Assembly (NCBI GenBank): GCA_030425805.1
Contig: JAUHZC010000002.1
Coordinates: forward strand, 20,448 to 84,447
From: Alphaproteobacteria bacterium
GTDB taxonomy: Bacteria > Pseudomonadota > Alphaproteobacteria > JAUHZC01
Length of the DNA stretch: 64,000 nt
Direction of reading: 5' to 3'
The position numbers and the translations under genes were made by a program. Positions 39,229-47,755 of this stretch are shown here, one piece after another (the stretch's first letter is position 1; the number at the start of each line of letters is the position of its first letter). The notes below the pieces were generated by a model, which was not told the DNA's origin, did no database searches, and saw only the letters and a program-made list of their open reading frames with translations.

Positions 39229-40581
39229 TCACGGGATATTTTCCATTTTTGACAAATATTTTTGAAATAATCCCCTGTATTGATTATTCACTCGATCTAT
39301 ACTTTCTAGAGACTCTCGATTCCCATCAAGATGTTGCACTAGACGGTACGCAAAGACAAGAGGATTGGGGCGAATAAGCACATGTAAATGAGTATGAGGT
39401 ACTGTTTGACCTGCAGAAACTCCATTTTGAACAAACCATATAACATGACCCTGTGGTGTTTTTTCAGAAAGCCCTTGTGTTGCTGCCAAAGCAAGTTTGT
39501 GGAAATGCTCCCACATCTCCTTTGAGACATCCTGAATATTAGGAATATGGGCACGAGGTATAACCATAAAATGCTTTTCTTGAGAGTAAGGAGCGAAGTT
39601 ATACAAAACAACGACACCTTCTTTCTCACATGTTTTTTGATTCTGGATGACTTCCGGGCGGCAGAAAGCGCAGTTACCTGAATCAAACTTAAGCTCAGCT
39701 CTAGAAAACTCGGCATCTTCTGGTCTTTTGGCTAATTGTTCTCCATGGGACTTCTCTTGAGAGGGAGACTTCTTTCTAAACACCTTCAAGGCTCCTGCCT
39801 TCTGGAGCTTTTCCTTCAGAAAACCGAGCATATCAAGAACTTCCTGATTTTTGATAGCCGGCCTGATAAAACAGTCCTGACCAGGAGAGATTGTGCGTTG
39901 CCTAGGTTGACGCAGCTCTTTCAAAAGCTCTATGTGAAACGACTCCTGTAGTGCAGGGTTTTGGGGTTTACGAAATCGCTCGGGAAGATATCCAAAAAGA
40001 CCATAAAGTGTGCGCTGAAGCTTCCTTCGAATGTTGACTTCTCTTACTTCTTGCCCTGTCTTGGAATCCTGATACCCCTCAGGAATCATTTCAAAAAGAG
40101 GCACCTTTTCATCAGAGATTTTCTGAAAATCAACAAATGCGTAATAATCTCTATATCCAAGAGCTTGATATGCTCGTCCCACGGCCTGAAAAACAGTACG
40201 GAAAGTCTCAAGCTTTTCAGCATCATTTGTCAAAAGACTCTCTGCTGAAATCCCAATATGAAGCTTCTCAAAACCCGGAGATAAAGCATAAACGCCAACA
40301 CCTTTGTAGGTCAAAATTTCCCTTGTAGATTGAGAAAAATAAATCGGGTCAAAAACAGCGTCGGGTTTCTCAGCTCCTCCCTCTACAAAGGAAGTCTGAA
40401 TCCCTAAACGATCAAGAATCTTAAGCTTTTGCCCCTCTCTCAAAAAAGCTGGGATGGCCCCCTCTTGAATTTCCCAGTGCTGATCTTGAAGAGCAGGTTC
40501 TTCAGGAGGGGCTTCCTGTGCTGTGCAGCCCAACAGAAAAACACAGAGAAAAATGAATAAGCCGGGAAAATTAGAAAACAT
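39229..40581 (-). CDS. Lipoprotein with C-terminal HIT (histidine-triad) hydrolase domain
   Basis: Lipobox FLLGCTAQ. C-terminal CAFCRPEVI...VLYNFAPYSQEKHFMVIPRAH...NGVSAGQTVPHTHLHVL is the HIT-family H-phi-H-phi-H-phi-phi motif. Confidence 0.55.
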   Translation of the reverse strand: MFSNFPGLFIFLCVFLLGCTAQEAPPEEPALQDQHWEIQEGAIPAFLREGQKLKILDRLGIQTSFVEGGAEKPDAVFDPIYFSQSTREILTYKGVGVYALSPGFEKLHIGISAESLLTNDAEKLETFRTVFQAVGRAYQALGYRDYYAFVDFQKISDEKVPLFEMIPEGYQDSKTGQEVREVNIRRKLQRTLYGLFGYLPERFRKPQNPALQESFHIELLKELRQPRQRTISPGQDCFIRPAIKNQEVLDMLGFLKEKLQKAGALKVFRKKSPSQEKSHGEQLAKRPEDAEFSRAELKFDSGNCAFCRPEVIQNQKTCEKEGVVVLYNFAPYSQEKHFMVIPRAHIPNIQDVSKEMWEHFHKLALAATQGLSEKTPQGHVIWFVQNGVSAGQTVPHTHLHVLIRPNPLVFAYRLVQHLDGNRESLESIDRVNNQYRGLFQKYLSKMENIP

Positions 40582-40640
40582 CTAAAACATTACTTTTCGT
40601 ATTTTCTTAGCTGAATTCCCCCCTCTTGAGAAGAGGATAA

Positions 40641-41513
40641 TTAAGCAGCTTTTTCCTGGGGCACAGGATGCGCTTTCGCAATCCGATCAACCTGTGTCAG
40701 AACGCCCAAAACTTCTGGCAAATCTTTAAGGTGCAACATATTTGGTCCATCAGAAGGGGCTTTATCTGGATCTGGGTGAACTTCCATAAAAACACCTGCA
40801 GCGCCCACAGCCAAGGCTGCACGGGCAAGAGGTGCCACAAAACGTCGGTCTCCTCCTGTTTTTCCTCCTGCTGCTGCAGGTTTTTGAACAGAGTGAGTCG
40901 CGTCAAAAATAATGGGACATCCAATATCTGCCATTTGAATAAGTCCACGCATATCATTCACAAGGGTATTATAACCAAAGGAAGTTCCCCGCTCACAAAG
41001 CATAACTTTGTTATTTCCTGTTGATGCAACTTTCCCCGCGGCATGGGCCATATCCCAAGGCGCCATAAACTGGCCCTTCTTGACGTTCAAAGGGCGCCCT
41101 GTTTCTCCTGCAGCAACTAAAAGATCCGTTTGGCGACACAACATTGCAGGAATCTGAAGGATATCTGAGACCTCAGCAACGGGAGCACACTGCTCAGGCT
41201 CATGCACATCTGTAATAATGGGAAGATCATGGGTTTGCTTAACATTCGCAAGAATCTCAAGCCCCTTCTTCATACCAACGCCACGCCCATTCCCAATGCT
41301 GGTCCGGTTTGCTTTATCAAAGGAAGATTTATAAACCAACCCCACACCTGCCTTTGCACAGACTTCTTTTAGGGCTGCAGAGACCTCTAAGGCATGGGCC
41401 TCACTTTCAATCACACAGGGCCCTGCCATCAGGCTAAAAGGCATATGTTGGGAGAACAAGACTTCAGAAGCTGAAGAAGTTCCTTGAACTGCAATTTGGG
41501 ATGCGTATGTCAT
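40641..41513 (-). CDS. kdsA: 3-deoxy-8-phosphooctulonate synthase
   Basis: FSLMAGPCVIESE, KSSFDKANRTS, GLEIL...ITDVHE and IGARNMQN-like CRQTDLL; full-length KdsA. Confidence 0.88.
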   Translation of the reverse strand: MTYASQIAVQGTSSASEVLFSQHMPFSLMAGPCVIESEAHALEVSAALKEVCAKAGVGLVYKSSFDKANRTSIGNGRGVGMKKGLEILANVKQTHDLPIITDVHEPEQCAPVAEVSDILQIPAMLCRQTDLLVAAGETGRPLNVKKGQFMAPWDMAHAAGKVASTGNNKVMLCERGTSFGYNTLVNDMRGLIQMADIGCPIIFDATHSVQKPAAAGGKTGGDRRFVAPLARAALAVGAAGVFMEVHPDPDKAPSDGPNMLHLKDLPEVLGVLTQVDRIAKAHPVPQEKAA

Positions 41514-41523
41514 AACAAAACTC

Positions 41524-43188
41524 CTAGCGCTTTTGTTTGTGTTCTAATGCGGCCTGAATAAAAGATTTAAACATGGGATGGGGTTGAAAAGGGCGAGATT
41601 TCAATTCTGGGTGAAACTGCATTCCATAAAACCAGGAATGGTCCGGAAGCTCAACAATTTCAGGCAGTTTTCCATCAGGGCTGAGGCCAGACACAACCAT
41701 GCCAGCCTTTTCCAGCTGAGGTTTAATCTTTACATCAACTTCATAACGGTGGCGGTGACGCTCAGAAATTTGGGATGTTCCATAGATCTTCGCAGCCCCA
41801 GATCCTTTTATAAGCTGACAGGGATAGGCCCCTAGGCGCATAGTGCCGCCCATATCCTCTTCGCCTGTGCGCTTGGCTTTTTTGCCATCTTTTTCCCATT
41901 CCGTCAGCAATCCAACGACCATATTCCCCTTCTTCTCTAATTCAGAAGAAGTTGCATCCTTCATACCCAAAACATTGCGGCAATACTCAATCACAGCCAA
42001 CTGCATCCCAAAGCAAATTCCAAAGAAAGGCACCTGGTTTTCACGAGCATACTCAATTGCGGAAATCTTTCCTTGGCTCCCTCTCAGGCCATATCCACCC
42101 GGCACAAGAATGCCGTCATACTCTGAGAGTTTTTCTTTTACAAAGGCTTTGAGTTGATCCGTTTTAAAACTTTGAGGTTCTAAATCCTCTGCGGGAAGGA
42201 TTTCAACCTTCACCTTTGCTTCATTTGCAGCGCCTGCGTGGATAAAGGACTCAAGGATACTCTTATAAGAATCCTTCACCTCATTATACTTCCCAACAAC
42301 AGCAATCTTTACCTCTGCTTTTGGAGAACGCAGACGAGATACAAAATCATTCCACTGGGAAAGATCTGCCTCTTGCTCTTTCCAAAGGCCAAAATGCTTC
42401 AATACCTGACGGTCAAGGCCAGACTGATGATATTTTAGGGGCACAGCATAGATGGTGTCTACATCACTGGCCTCAATCACGTTGTCCTTATCAATATTAC
42501 AGAACAGGGCCAACTTCCTCCGGGCTTCTGCAGGAATTGGATGCTCACACCGACACATCAAAATCTGAGGCTGGATACCAACATGGAGAAGCTCTTTTAC
42601 CGCATGCTGGGATGGTTTCGTTTTAATCTCCCCGGCGCTGGCAAGATACGGGACATAAGTGAGGTGGATAAAGAGAGAGTTCTGGGATCCTACTTTCTGA
42701 GAAAATTGGCGAATAGCCTCAATAAAGGGAAGGCCCTCAATATCTCCAACTGTTCCACCAATTTCACAAATGAGAAAGTCCACATCCTCTTTCACATCAA
42801 CAGGCAAAAGCTCCTGAATCCGATCCGTGATATGGGGAATCACTTGAACCGTATTTCCTAAGTAATCTCCCCGGCGCTCTGCTGCGAGAACATCAGAGTA
42901 AACCCGGCCTGAAGTGACTGTGTCGTAGCGAGAGGCACTTTCATGGACGAAACGCTCGTAGTGCCCAAGGTCTAAATCTGTTTCAGCTCCATCATCTGTC
43001 ACAAAGACTTCCCCATGCTGATTGGGGTTCATGGTGCCCGGGTCTACGTTGAGATAGGGATCAAATTTTTTAAGACGGACCTTGTAGCCATGGGCTTGAA
43101 GAAGGGCTGCTAAACCAGAGGCGACAATTCCCTTCCCGAGGGAAGACATTACACCACCTGTTACAAAAATTGTCCGTGTCACTGTCAT
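41524..43188 (-). CDS. pyrG: CTP synthase
   Basis: FVTGGVMSSLGKGI, the synthetase domain, and the GATase domain with GICFGMQ catalytic Cys and HPEL..RP. Confidence 0.95.
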   Translation of the reverse strand: MTVTRTIFVTGGVMSSLGKGIVASGLAALLQAHGYKVRLKKFDPYLNVDPGTMNPNQHGEVFVTDDGAETDLDLGHYERFVHESASRYDTVTSGRVYSDVLAAERRGDYLGNTVQVIPHITDRIQELLPVDVKEDVDFLICEIGGTVGDIEGLPFIEAIRQFSQKVGSQNSLFIHLTYVPYLASAGEIKTKPSQHAVKELLHVGIQPQILMCRCEHPIPAEARRKLALFCNIDKDNVIEASDVDTIYAVPLKYHQSGLDRQVLKHFGLWKEQEADLSQWNDFVSRLRSPKAEVKIAVVGKYNEVKDSYKSILESFIHAGAANEAKVKVEILPAEDLEPQSFKTDQLKAFVKEKLSEYDGILVPGGYGLRGSQGKISAIEYARENQVPFFGICFGMQLAVIEYCRNVLGMKDATSSELEKKGNMVVGLLTEWEKDGKKAKRTGEEDMGGTMRLGAYPCQLIKGSGAAKIYGTSQISERHRHRYEVDVKIKPQLEKAGMVVSGLSPDGKLPEIVELPDHSWFYGMQFHPELKSRPFQPHPMFKSFIQAALEHKQKR

Positions 43189-43210
43189 CCCCTAACCTAT
43201 GTTGACGCTA

Positions 43211-43552
43211 TTACTGTTTCTGTGGCTCCTCAGGCTTTTCCTGATTCACATTCTCTGCTTCTGTTTGAGAAGCTTCTGGAGCTGTTTCTTCAGCTTCTTC
43301 CATCGCTTCTTGAAGGATTGAAGCTTTCTGCTGCACGTCAGACTTAATCAAGAGTGCGAGCACGATAGAATTCACAAAGAAAAGTGTTGCCAAAACTGCT
43401 GTTGTGCGGGTGAAAAAGTTTTTTGTTCCCCGAGCAGACATCATGGAATTCTGAGAAGACACAAGGCCACCAGATTCCCCTTTCTGCAAAAGGATCGCAC
43501 CAATCATCAACAAAACAATAATACTGTGAACAACTAGAAGGGTTGTAATCAT
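43211..43552 (-). CDS. secG: Preprotein translocase subunit SecG
   Basis: MITTLLVVHSIIVLLMIGAILLQKGESGG is the SecG N-terminal helix plus Gly-rich loop. Second TM near TAVLATLFFVNSIVLALL. Confidence 0.8.
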   Translation of the reverse strand: MITTLLVVHSIIVLLMIGAILLQKGESGGLVSSQNSMMSARGTKNFFTRTTAVLATLFFVNSIVLALLIKSDVQQKASILQEAMEEAEETAPEASQTEAENVNQEKPEEPQKQ

Positions 43553-43634
43553 TTGAATCTCGTTCTAAACAGGGTTAAATTAAACAAATTTGAGATAAAA
43601 GAGCAAGGAGAATCTCTCCTTCAAACACAAAATC

Positions 43635-44342
43635 ATGATTGAAAATACAGTTTTTCTATTGGGCCTGATGGTTCTTGTCGCTTACGGAGGAAGCTTGGCT
43701 GCCTACCACCTCTTTGGAGAAAAAGGACTAATTAGCTTTCAGGCCATGGCTTTGATCCTTGCAAACATCCAGGCGACAAAAGCCATTCTCTTGCCTGGTT
43801 TTGAGGAGCCTGTCGCCATGGGAACAATTGTGATGATGGCCTCATTCTTTGCCAGTGACTTGCTCAATGAGACCTACGGCCCCCACAATGCTCGCCGGGC
43901 GATTTGGATTAGCCTAGGCCTCTATCTCCTCTTTGTGATTTTAACCCAATTGACGATTTTCATCCCAGCTGTCCCCGAAACTGAGAGTTTCTTCCACCAA
44001 AGCCACACTGCCATGACACACCTCTTCACGGTTGGGCCAGCCCTCTTCCTGGCCAGTGTCACGGCATATGTTATTTCCCAATACTTAGATATTTGGGTTT
44101 ATCGACACATTCGCGATGGTTCTTTCTTCAAATCCCCCCAGACGAGCGGTTTTGTTTCCTCAGCCCTGGGGAGCTTGGTAGATTCCTTTGTTTTCTCTTT
44201 TCTGGCCTGGTACGTTTTTGCAGCTCAGCCACTTCCCCTTACAACCATTCTCCAGACCTATGTTTTCGGGACATACATTATCCGGTTGATTCTCAGCTTT
44301 TTTCAATATGGATTAATGTGGTTTTTTTTGAAGCAAGATTAG
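43635..44342 (+). CDS. Queuosine-precursor transporter YhhQ-family (DUF165/Vut) membrane protein
   Basis: Polytopic membrane protein with the conserved ...LNETYGP...A and ...LDIWVYRHIR... segments of YhhQ. Confidence 0.55.
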   Translation: MIENTVFLLGLMVLVAYGGSLAAYHLFGEKGLISFQAMALILANIQATKAILLPGFEEPVAMGTIVMMASFFASDLLNETYGPHNARRAIWISLGLYLLFVILTQLTIFIPAVPETESFFHQSHTAMTHLFTVGPALFLASVTAYVISQYLDIWVYRHIRDGSFFKSPQTSGFVSSALGSLVDSFVFSFLAWYVFAAQPLPLTTILQTYVFGTYIIRLILSFFQYGLMWFFLKQD

Positions 44343-44404
44343 GCATCACGCCCTTTTTTCTGTTACAATGAACACATTAATAAAAAAACAAGAGAGAGGT
44401 TCCC

Positions 44405-44866
44405 ATGAGCACCCTATCCCCTACTGCTAAAAAAGCTGTTGCTGAAGAACTAAACATCCTATTGGCATCGTCTTACGTCTTGATGCTGAAGACCCATGGC
44501 TACCATTGGAATGTTAAGGGTCCTCATTTTCATGCCCTCCATCAGCTCTTCCAGGAGCAGTACGAAGACTTGTTTGAGGCCATTGATGAATTTGCTGAAC
44601 GTATCAAAGCTCTGGGGCACAAGGCGCCTGCCACTTTCTCAGAGTATAAAGGCCTTTCTGTCATTACTGAAGATGATAGTGAAGAGAAGGATATGGGTAT
44701 GGTGAAAAACTTACTTAAAGATCATCAGAAGATGGGTGACACACTCCGCAAGATGACAGCCCATGTTCAAGGCGAAGGAGATGAAGCTACGGCTGATATG
44801 ATGATCGCCCGCACCCAAGTCCATGACAAGTTCGCCTGGATGCTTGAGTCCCACCTGACGGGGTAA
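44405..44866 (+). CDS. dps: Dps (DNA-binding ferritin-like protein)
   Basis: LNILLASSYVLMLKTHGYHWNVKGPHFHALHQLFQEQYEDLFEAIDEFAERI matches the Dps ferroxidase-centre helices (H..H, D..E). Confidence 0.8.
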   Translation: MSTLSPTAKKAVAEELNILLASSYVLMLKTHGYHWNVKGPHFHALHQLFQEQYEDLFEAIDEFAERIKALGHKAPATFSEYKGLSVITEDDSEEKDMGMVKNLLKDHQKMGDTLRKMTAHVQGEGDEATADMMIARTQVHDKFAWMLESHLTG

Positions 44867-44873
44867 CAAATCC

Positions 44874-46616
44874 TTAGCCTTCTTCCTCTGTAGGAACCTC
44901 TATTCCAAGCTTTGTCAGCTTAGCATCAGCCTGCTTTTCTGCTTCAGCTTTAAGGTCCACCACCATCTGACCTGTGGTGTAGATTTCAAGCATATAGTAA
45001 TCTGTGAAAGCTTTTTTAAGAAATCCGCTAAGCTTTTCCGCTGTTTTGGTCTTTTTTGCTTCCTCAGCAAGAGCTATCAGTTGATTCTCCTGTGCCTTCA
45101 AAGCTCTTCCCACATCTTGCACCAGAAGTTGCTGTTTACGCCTGTTAAAAGCATTGATCGCTGAAGAATTATCTTCAACCTTGATGTCTTTTGCCATATT
45201 TTCTCGACCCTTAAAGCCTGTGCCAAAGACAAGGCCAATGTCTCCAGGGTAATGTCCAAAGACTTTGTCAAACTCACTGGGGACGCGTCGGTAAGTTTTG
45301 CGAATGTAATACTGAAGATGGCCTTCCCCATCTGGCATTCCCTGAGCCTTCAACCACTGCGGTCCATTCGGATCATCAATCACAGCCTTCGCAAGACTCA
45401 CCATGGCAGGCACATTGAATTGAAAGAAGGCTGTTGCAAAATCTCCAAGTCCTGAACGCTCTTCCTTCGGGTGCCATTTTTCCACATCTGAAGGCAATCG
45501 AGGCTCCTGGAGAATCATCTGCCCCTGAAAGCCGTCAGGCGCTATAACATGCAATGTGGGAACCAGTGTAAACTTCGCTGAAGACCCTGGTAAGGGAGGC
45601 TGCATTTCAAGGTTCCAAATACCAAGGCCTGGTAAAGGCCCTTTATAGAGATCGGACAAGTCCTTTGGATCAGGTGTAGATAACAAACCATAAAGAATGT
45701 CGCCCTCAACGCCACCAAGTCCTTTTTCTTTCTTGTCTGATCCAAATTTTCCAGCCTCTTTAAAGCTCACTTGAAAGCCCGAAACTGAACCCTGAGCAGC
45801 CTTAGGCAATTGACGATTTGATATGGCTTTTTGCAGCAAACGATTGAGAATTGGCTGAGCATTGGTCCCCAGCTTTGCCGCCTCTTCTTCTGCCTTTTTC
45901 TTTAGCGACTCTTTGAGCAAAGGCTCCATATAAAGGCGTTTCACAATAGGATCAGCTGTTGAACGAGGATTTACCCCAATGGTTTTCGTGAAGTTTCCAT
46001 CCAGATCTGTATAGTCTTCCTCTCCCGCAGCTGGCGGATTAAAGGACACAAGCTTACTTCCACTTCCTTCTGGCTCATAAGGCTCAAGAGCAAAGGGTTT
46101 CACAACAGGAAGCGTTAAGGTCTTCATTGTCCACCCCGCTTTACGTTCAAAACTTGGGAAGAGAAAGGTAGCTTGGCCTAGAAATTCTTTTTTGGTTTTA
46201 CACTTCTTTCCAGTTTCAAGATAAACCCCAACAACCTCATTTTTATAGACCATGGACTTGAATTTGAGGTTTTCAATCAGAAACTTTTCTTGTTCCTTTT
46301 TAGGCTTATCTTTTTCCTTATAACGCTCCCGACAGGCCCAAACTTCATGATCAGCATCAGTGTAGGGTGTCATGGCCTGACGATTTCGGTACCCTGAGAA
46401 TCTTACTAAAAGGGCATTCAGACCATTTTCTGCTGTCTTTCCTTCATAAACCTGAGCTGAAATCAAGAACTGCCCATGGCGATTTTTGTACTTAAACTGT
46501 ACTTCTCGCTTTGCCGAGAGTTGGTCAAATGGCCGATCTTGCTTCTCTCCATAAAGAGGCATTGCAACAAGCCATATACCGAGAAAAATTTGGACAAGAC
46601 GCTCCCAAGAGATCAT
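44874..46616 (-). CDS. Large secreted hypothetical protein
   Basis: 580 aa. Hydrophobic N-terminus IFLGIWLVAMPLYG. Lys/Glu-rich, coiled-coil C-terminus. No recognisable domain. Confidence 0.5.
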   Translation of the reverse strand: MISWERLVQIFLGIWLVAMPLYGEKQDRPFDQLSAKREVQFKYKNRHGQFLISAQVYEGKTAENGLNALLVRFSGYRNRQAMTPYTDADHEVWACRERYKEKDKPKKEQEKFLIENLKFKSMVYKNEVVGVYLETGKKCKTKKEFLGQATFLFPSFERKAGWTMKTLTLPVVKPFALEPYEPEGSGSKLVSFNPPAAGEEDYTDLDGNFTKTIGVNPRSTADPIVKRLYMEPLLKESLKKKAEEEAAKLGTNAQPILNRLLQKAISNRQLPKAAQGSVSGFQVSFKEAGKFGSDKKEKGLGGVEGDILYGLLSTPDPKDLSDLYKGPLPGLGIWNLEMQPPLPGSSAKFTLVPTLHVIAPDGFQGQMILQEPRLPSDVEKWHPKEERSGLGDFATAFFQFNVPAMVSLAKAVIDDPNGPQWLKAQGMPDGEGHLQYYIRKTYRRVPSEFDKVFGHYPGDIGLVFGTGFKGRENMAKDIKVEDNSSAINAFNRRKQQLLVQDVGRALKAQENQLIALAEEAKKTKTAEKLSGFLKKAFTDYYMLEIYTTGQMVVDLKAEAEKQADAKLTKLGIEVPTEEEG

Positions 46617-46676
46617 TTGATTTTCATCGCATTTTCCTTCACTCTAAGACGAAATGACTTGAGGGACAAGAGACCC

Positions 46677-46940
46677 ATGTCCATGGCCGATAAAATGAAA
46701 GCCCTTTTGATGGCTGAATGCTCCCCCAATGCTGTAGAAGTTGAAAATGTTTCTCATCTCCACCAAGGGCATGCCGGAAGCCCAAACACAGGAGAAAGCC
46801 ACTTTAATCTGAAGATTGTGGGAGGCCCCCTTGCCGATCTTTCGCGTGTTGCCGCTCATAGAAAGGTTATGACCCTCTTCAAGCCTTTGTTTTCTGAGGG
46901 GTTACACGCTGTTTCCCTAAAAGTCACCAAGGCTGAATAG
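46677..46940 (+). CDS. BolA-family protein
   Basis: MSMADKMKALLMAECSPNAVEVENVSHLHQGHAG...GESHFNLKIVGGPLADLSRVAAHRKVMTLF is the BolA H..H..G...HF motif. Start placed at the internal Met. Confidence 0.65.
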   Translation: MSMADKMKALLMAECSPNAVEVENVSHLHQGHAGSPNTGESHFNLKIVGGPLADLSRVAAHRKVMTLFKPLFSEGLHAVSLKVTKAE

Positions 46941-46979
46941 CCTCTTCCCGGCGGGCTTAAAAAGAGGTATGATCCTGGT

Positions 46980-47666
46980 ATGAATAAACTTGCACCTGCC
47001 CCCTCTTCTCCCCCAACTAGCTTCTGGCTTAAGCTGAGAACTTATTTCTTTACAGGAATCCTTGTCACGGCTCCTTTGGCCCTCACACTCTATCTCTCCT
47101 GGGCCATTGTCATTTATGTAGACCACCTCATTACACCCCTCATTCCAGATGCCTATAACCCTAATAACCTTCTGCCTTTCAACCTTCCAGGGCTCGGGCT
47201 CATCATTGTTCTCATTACTTTCACCCTGATTGGCGCCATTGCTGCGGGAGCTATTGGACGGTATTTCCTCAATATTTCTGAAAAAGTTGTCGGCCGAACA
47301 CCAGTTGTACGTAGCATCTATTCTGCAATCAAGCAGGTGACAGAGGCTCTATTTCACACTTCTTCCTCTGCTTTTCGTGAGGTTGTGATGATTGAATATC
47401 CCCGTAAGGGTATTTGGTCCATTGGCTTTATCACTGGTACGACCAAGGGGGAAGTTCAACTTCTTACTGAAGATGAAGTTGTAAACGTTTTTATCCCAAC
47501 AACCCCAAACCCAACCTCAGGGTTCCTTCTGTTTGTTCCTAAAGCAGACATTCGCCACCTGGAAATGACTGTAGAAGAAGGCATCAAGATGGTAGTTTCT
47601 GCTGGAATTCTCACGCCGAAATACACAGGAAAAGCTGAGAATCCATTTCCTAGCAGAGCAGATTAG
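46980..47666 (+). CDS. DUF502-domain membrane protein
   Basis: Two TM helices, then the conserved RTPVVRSIYSAIKQV, EYPRKG, PTTPNPTSGFL and VSAG segments typical of DUF502. Confidence 0.6.
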   Translation: MNKLAPAPSSPPTSFWLKLRTYFFTGILVTAPLALTLYLSWAIVIYVDHLITPLIPDAYNPNNLLPFNLPGLGLIIVLITFTLIGAIAAGAIGRYFLNISEKVVGRTPVVRSIYSAIKQVTEALFHTSSSAFREVVMIEYPRKGIWSIGFITGTTKGEVQLLTEDEVVNVFIPTTPNPTSGFLLFVPKADIRHLEMTVEEGIKMVVSAGILTPKYTGKAENPFPSRAD

Positions 47667-47755
47667 GCTTAATAAACAGAAAAACAAACAAAATTAACGG
47701 TTTTTAAAGTCAATTTTACTTAAAATATTAGTATGTATATTTTAGGTTTGTTGTC

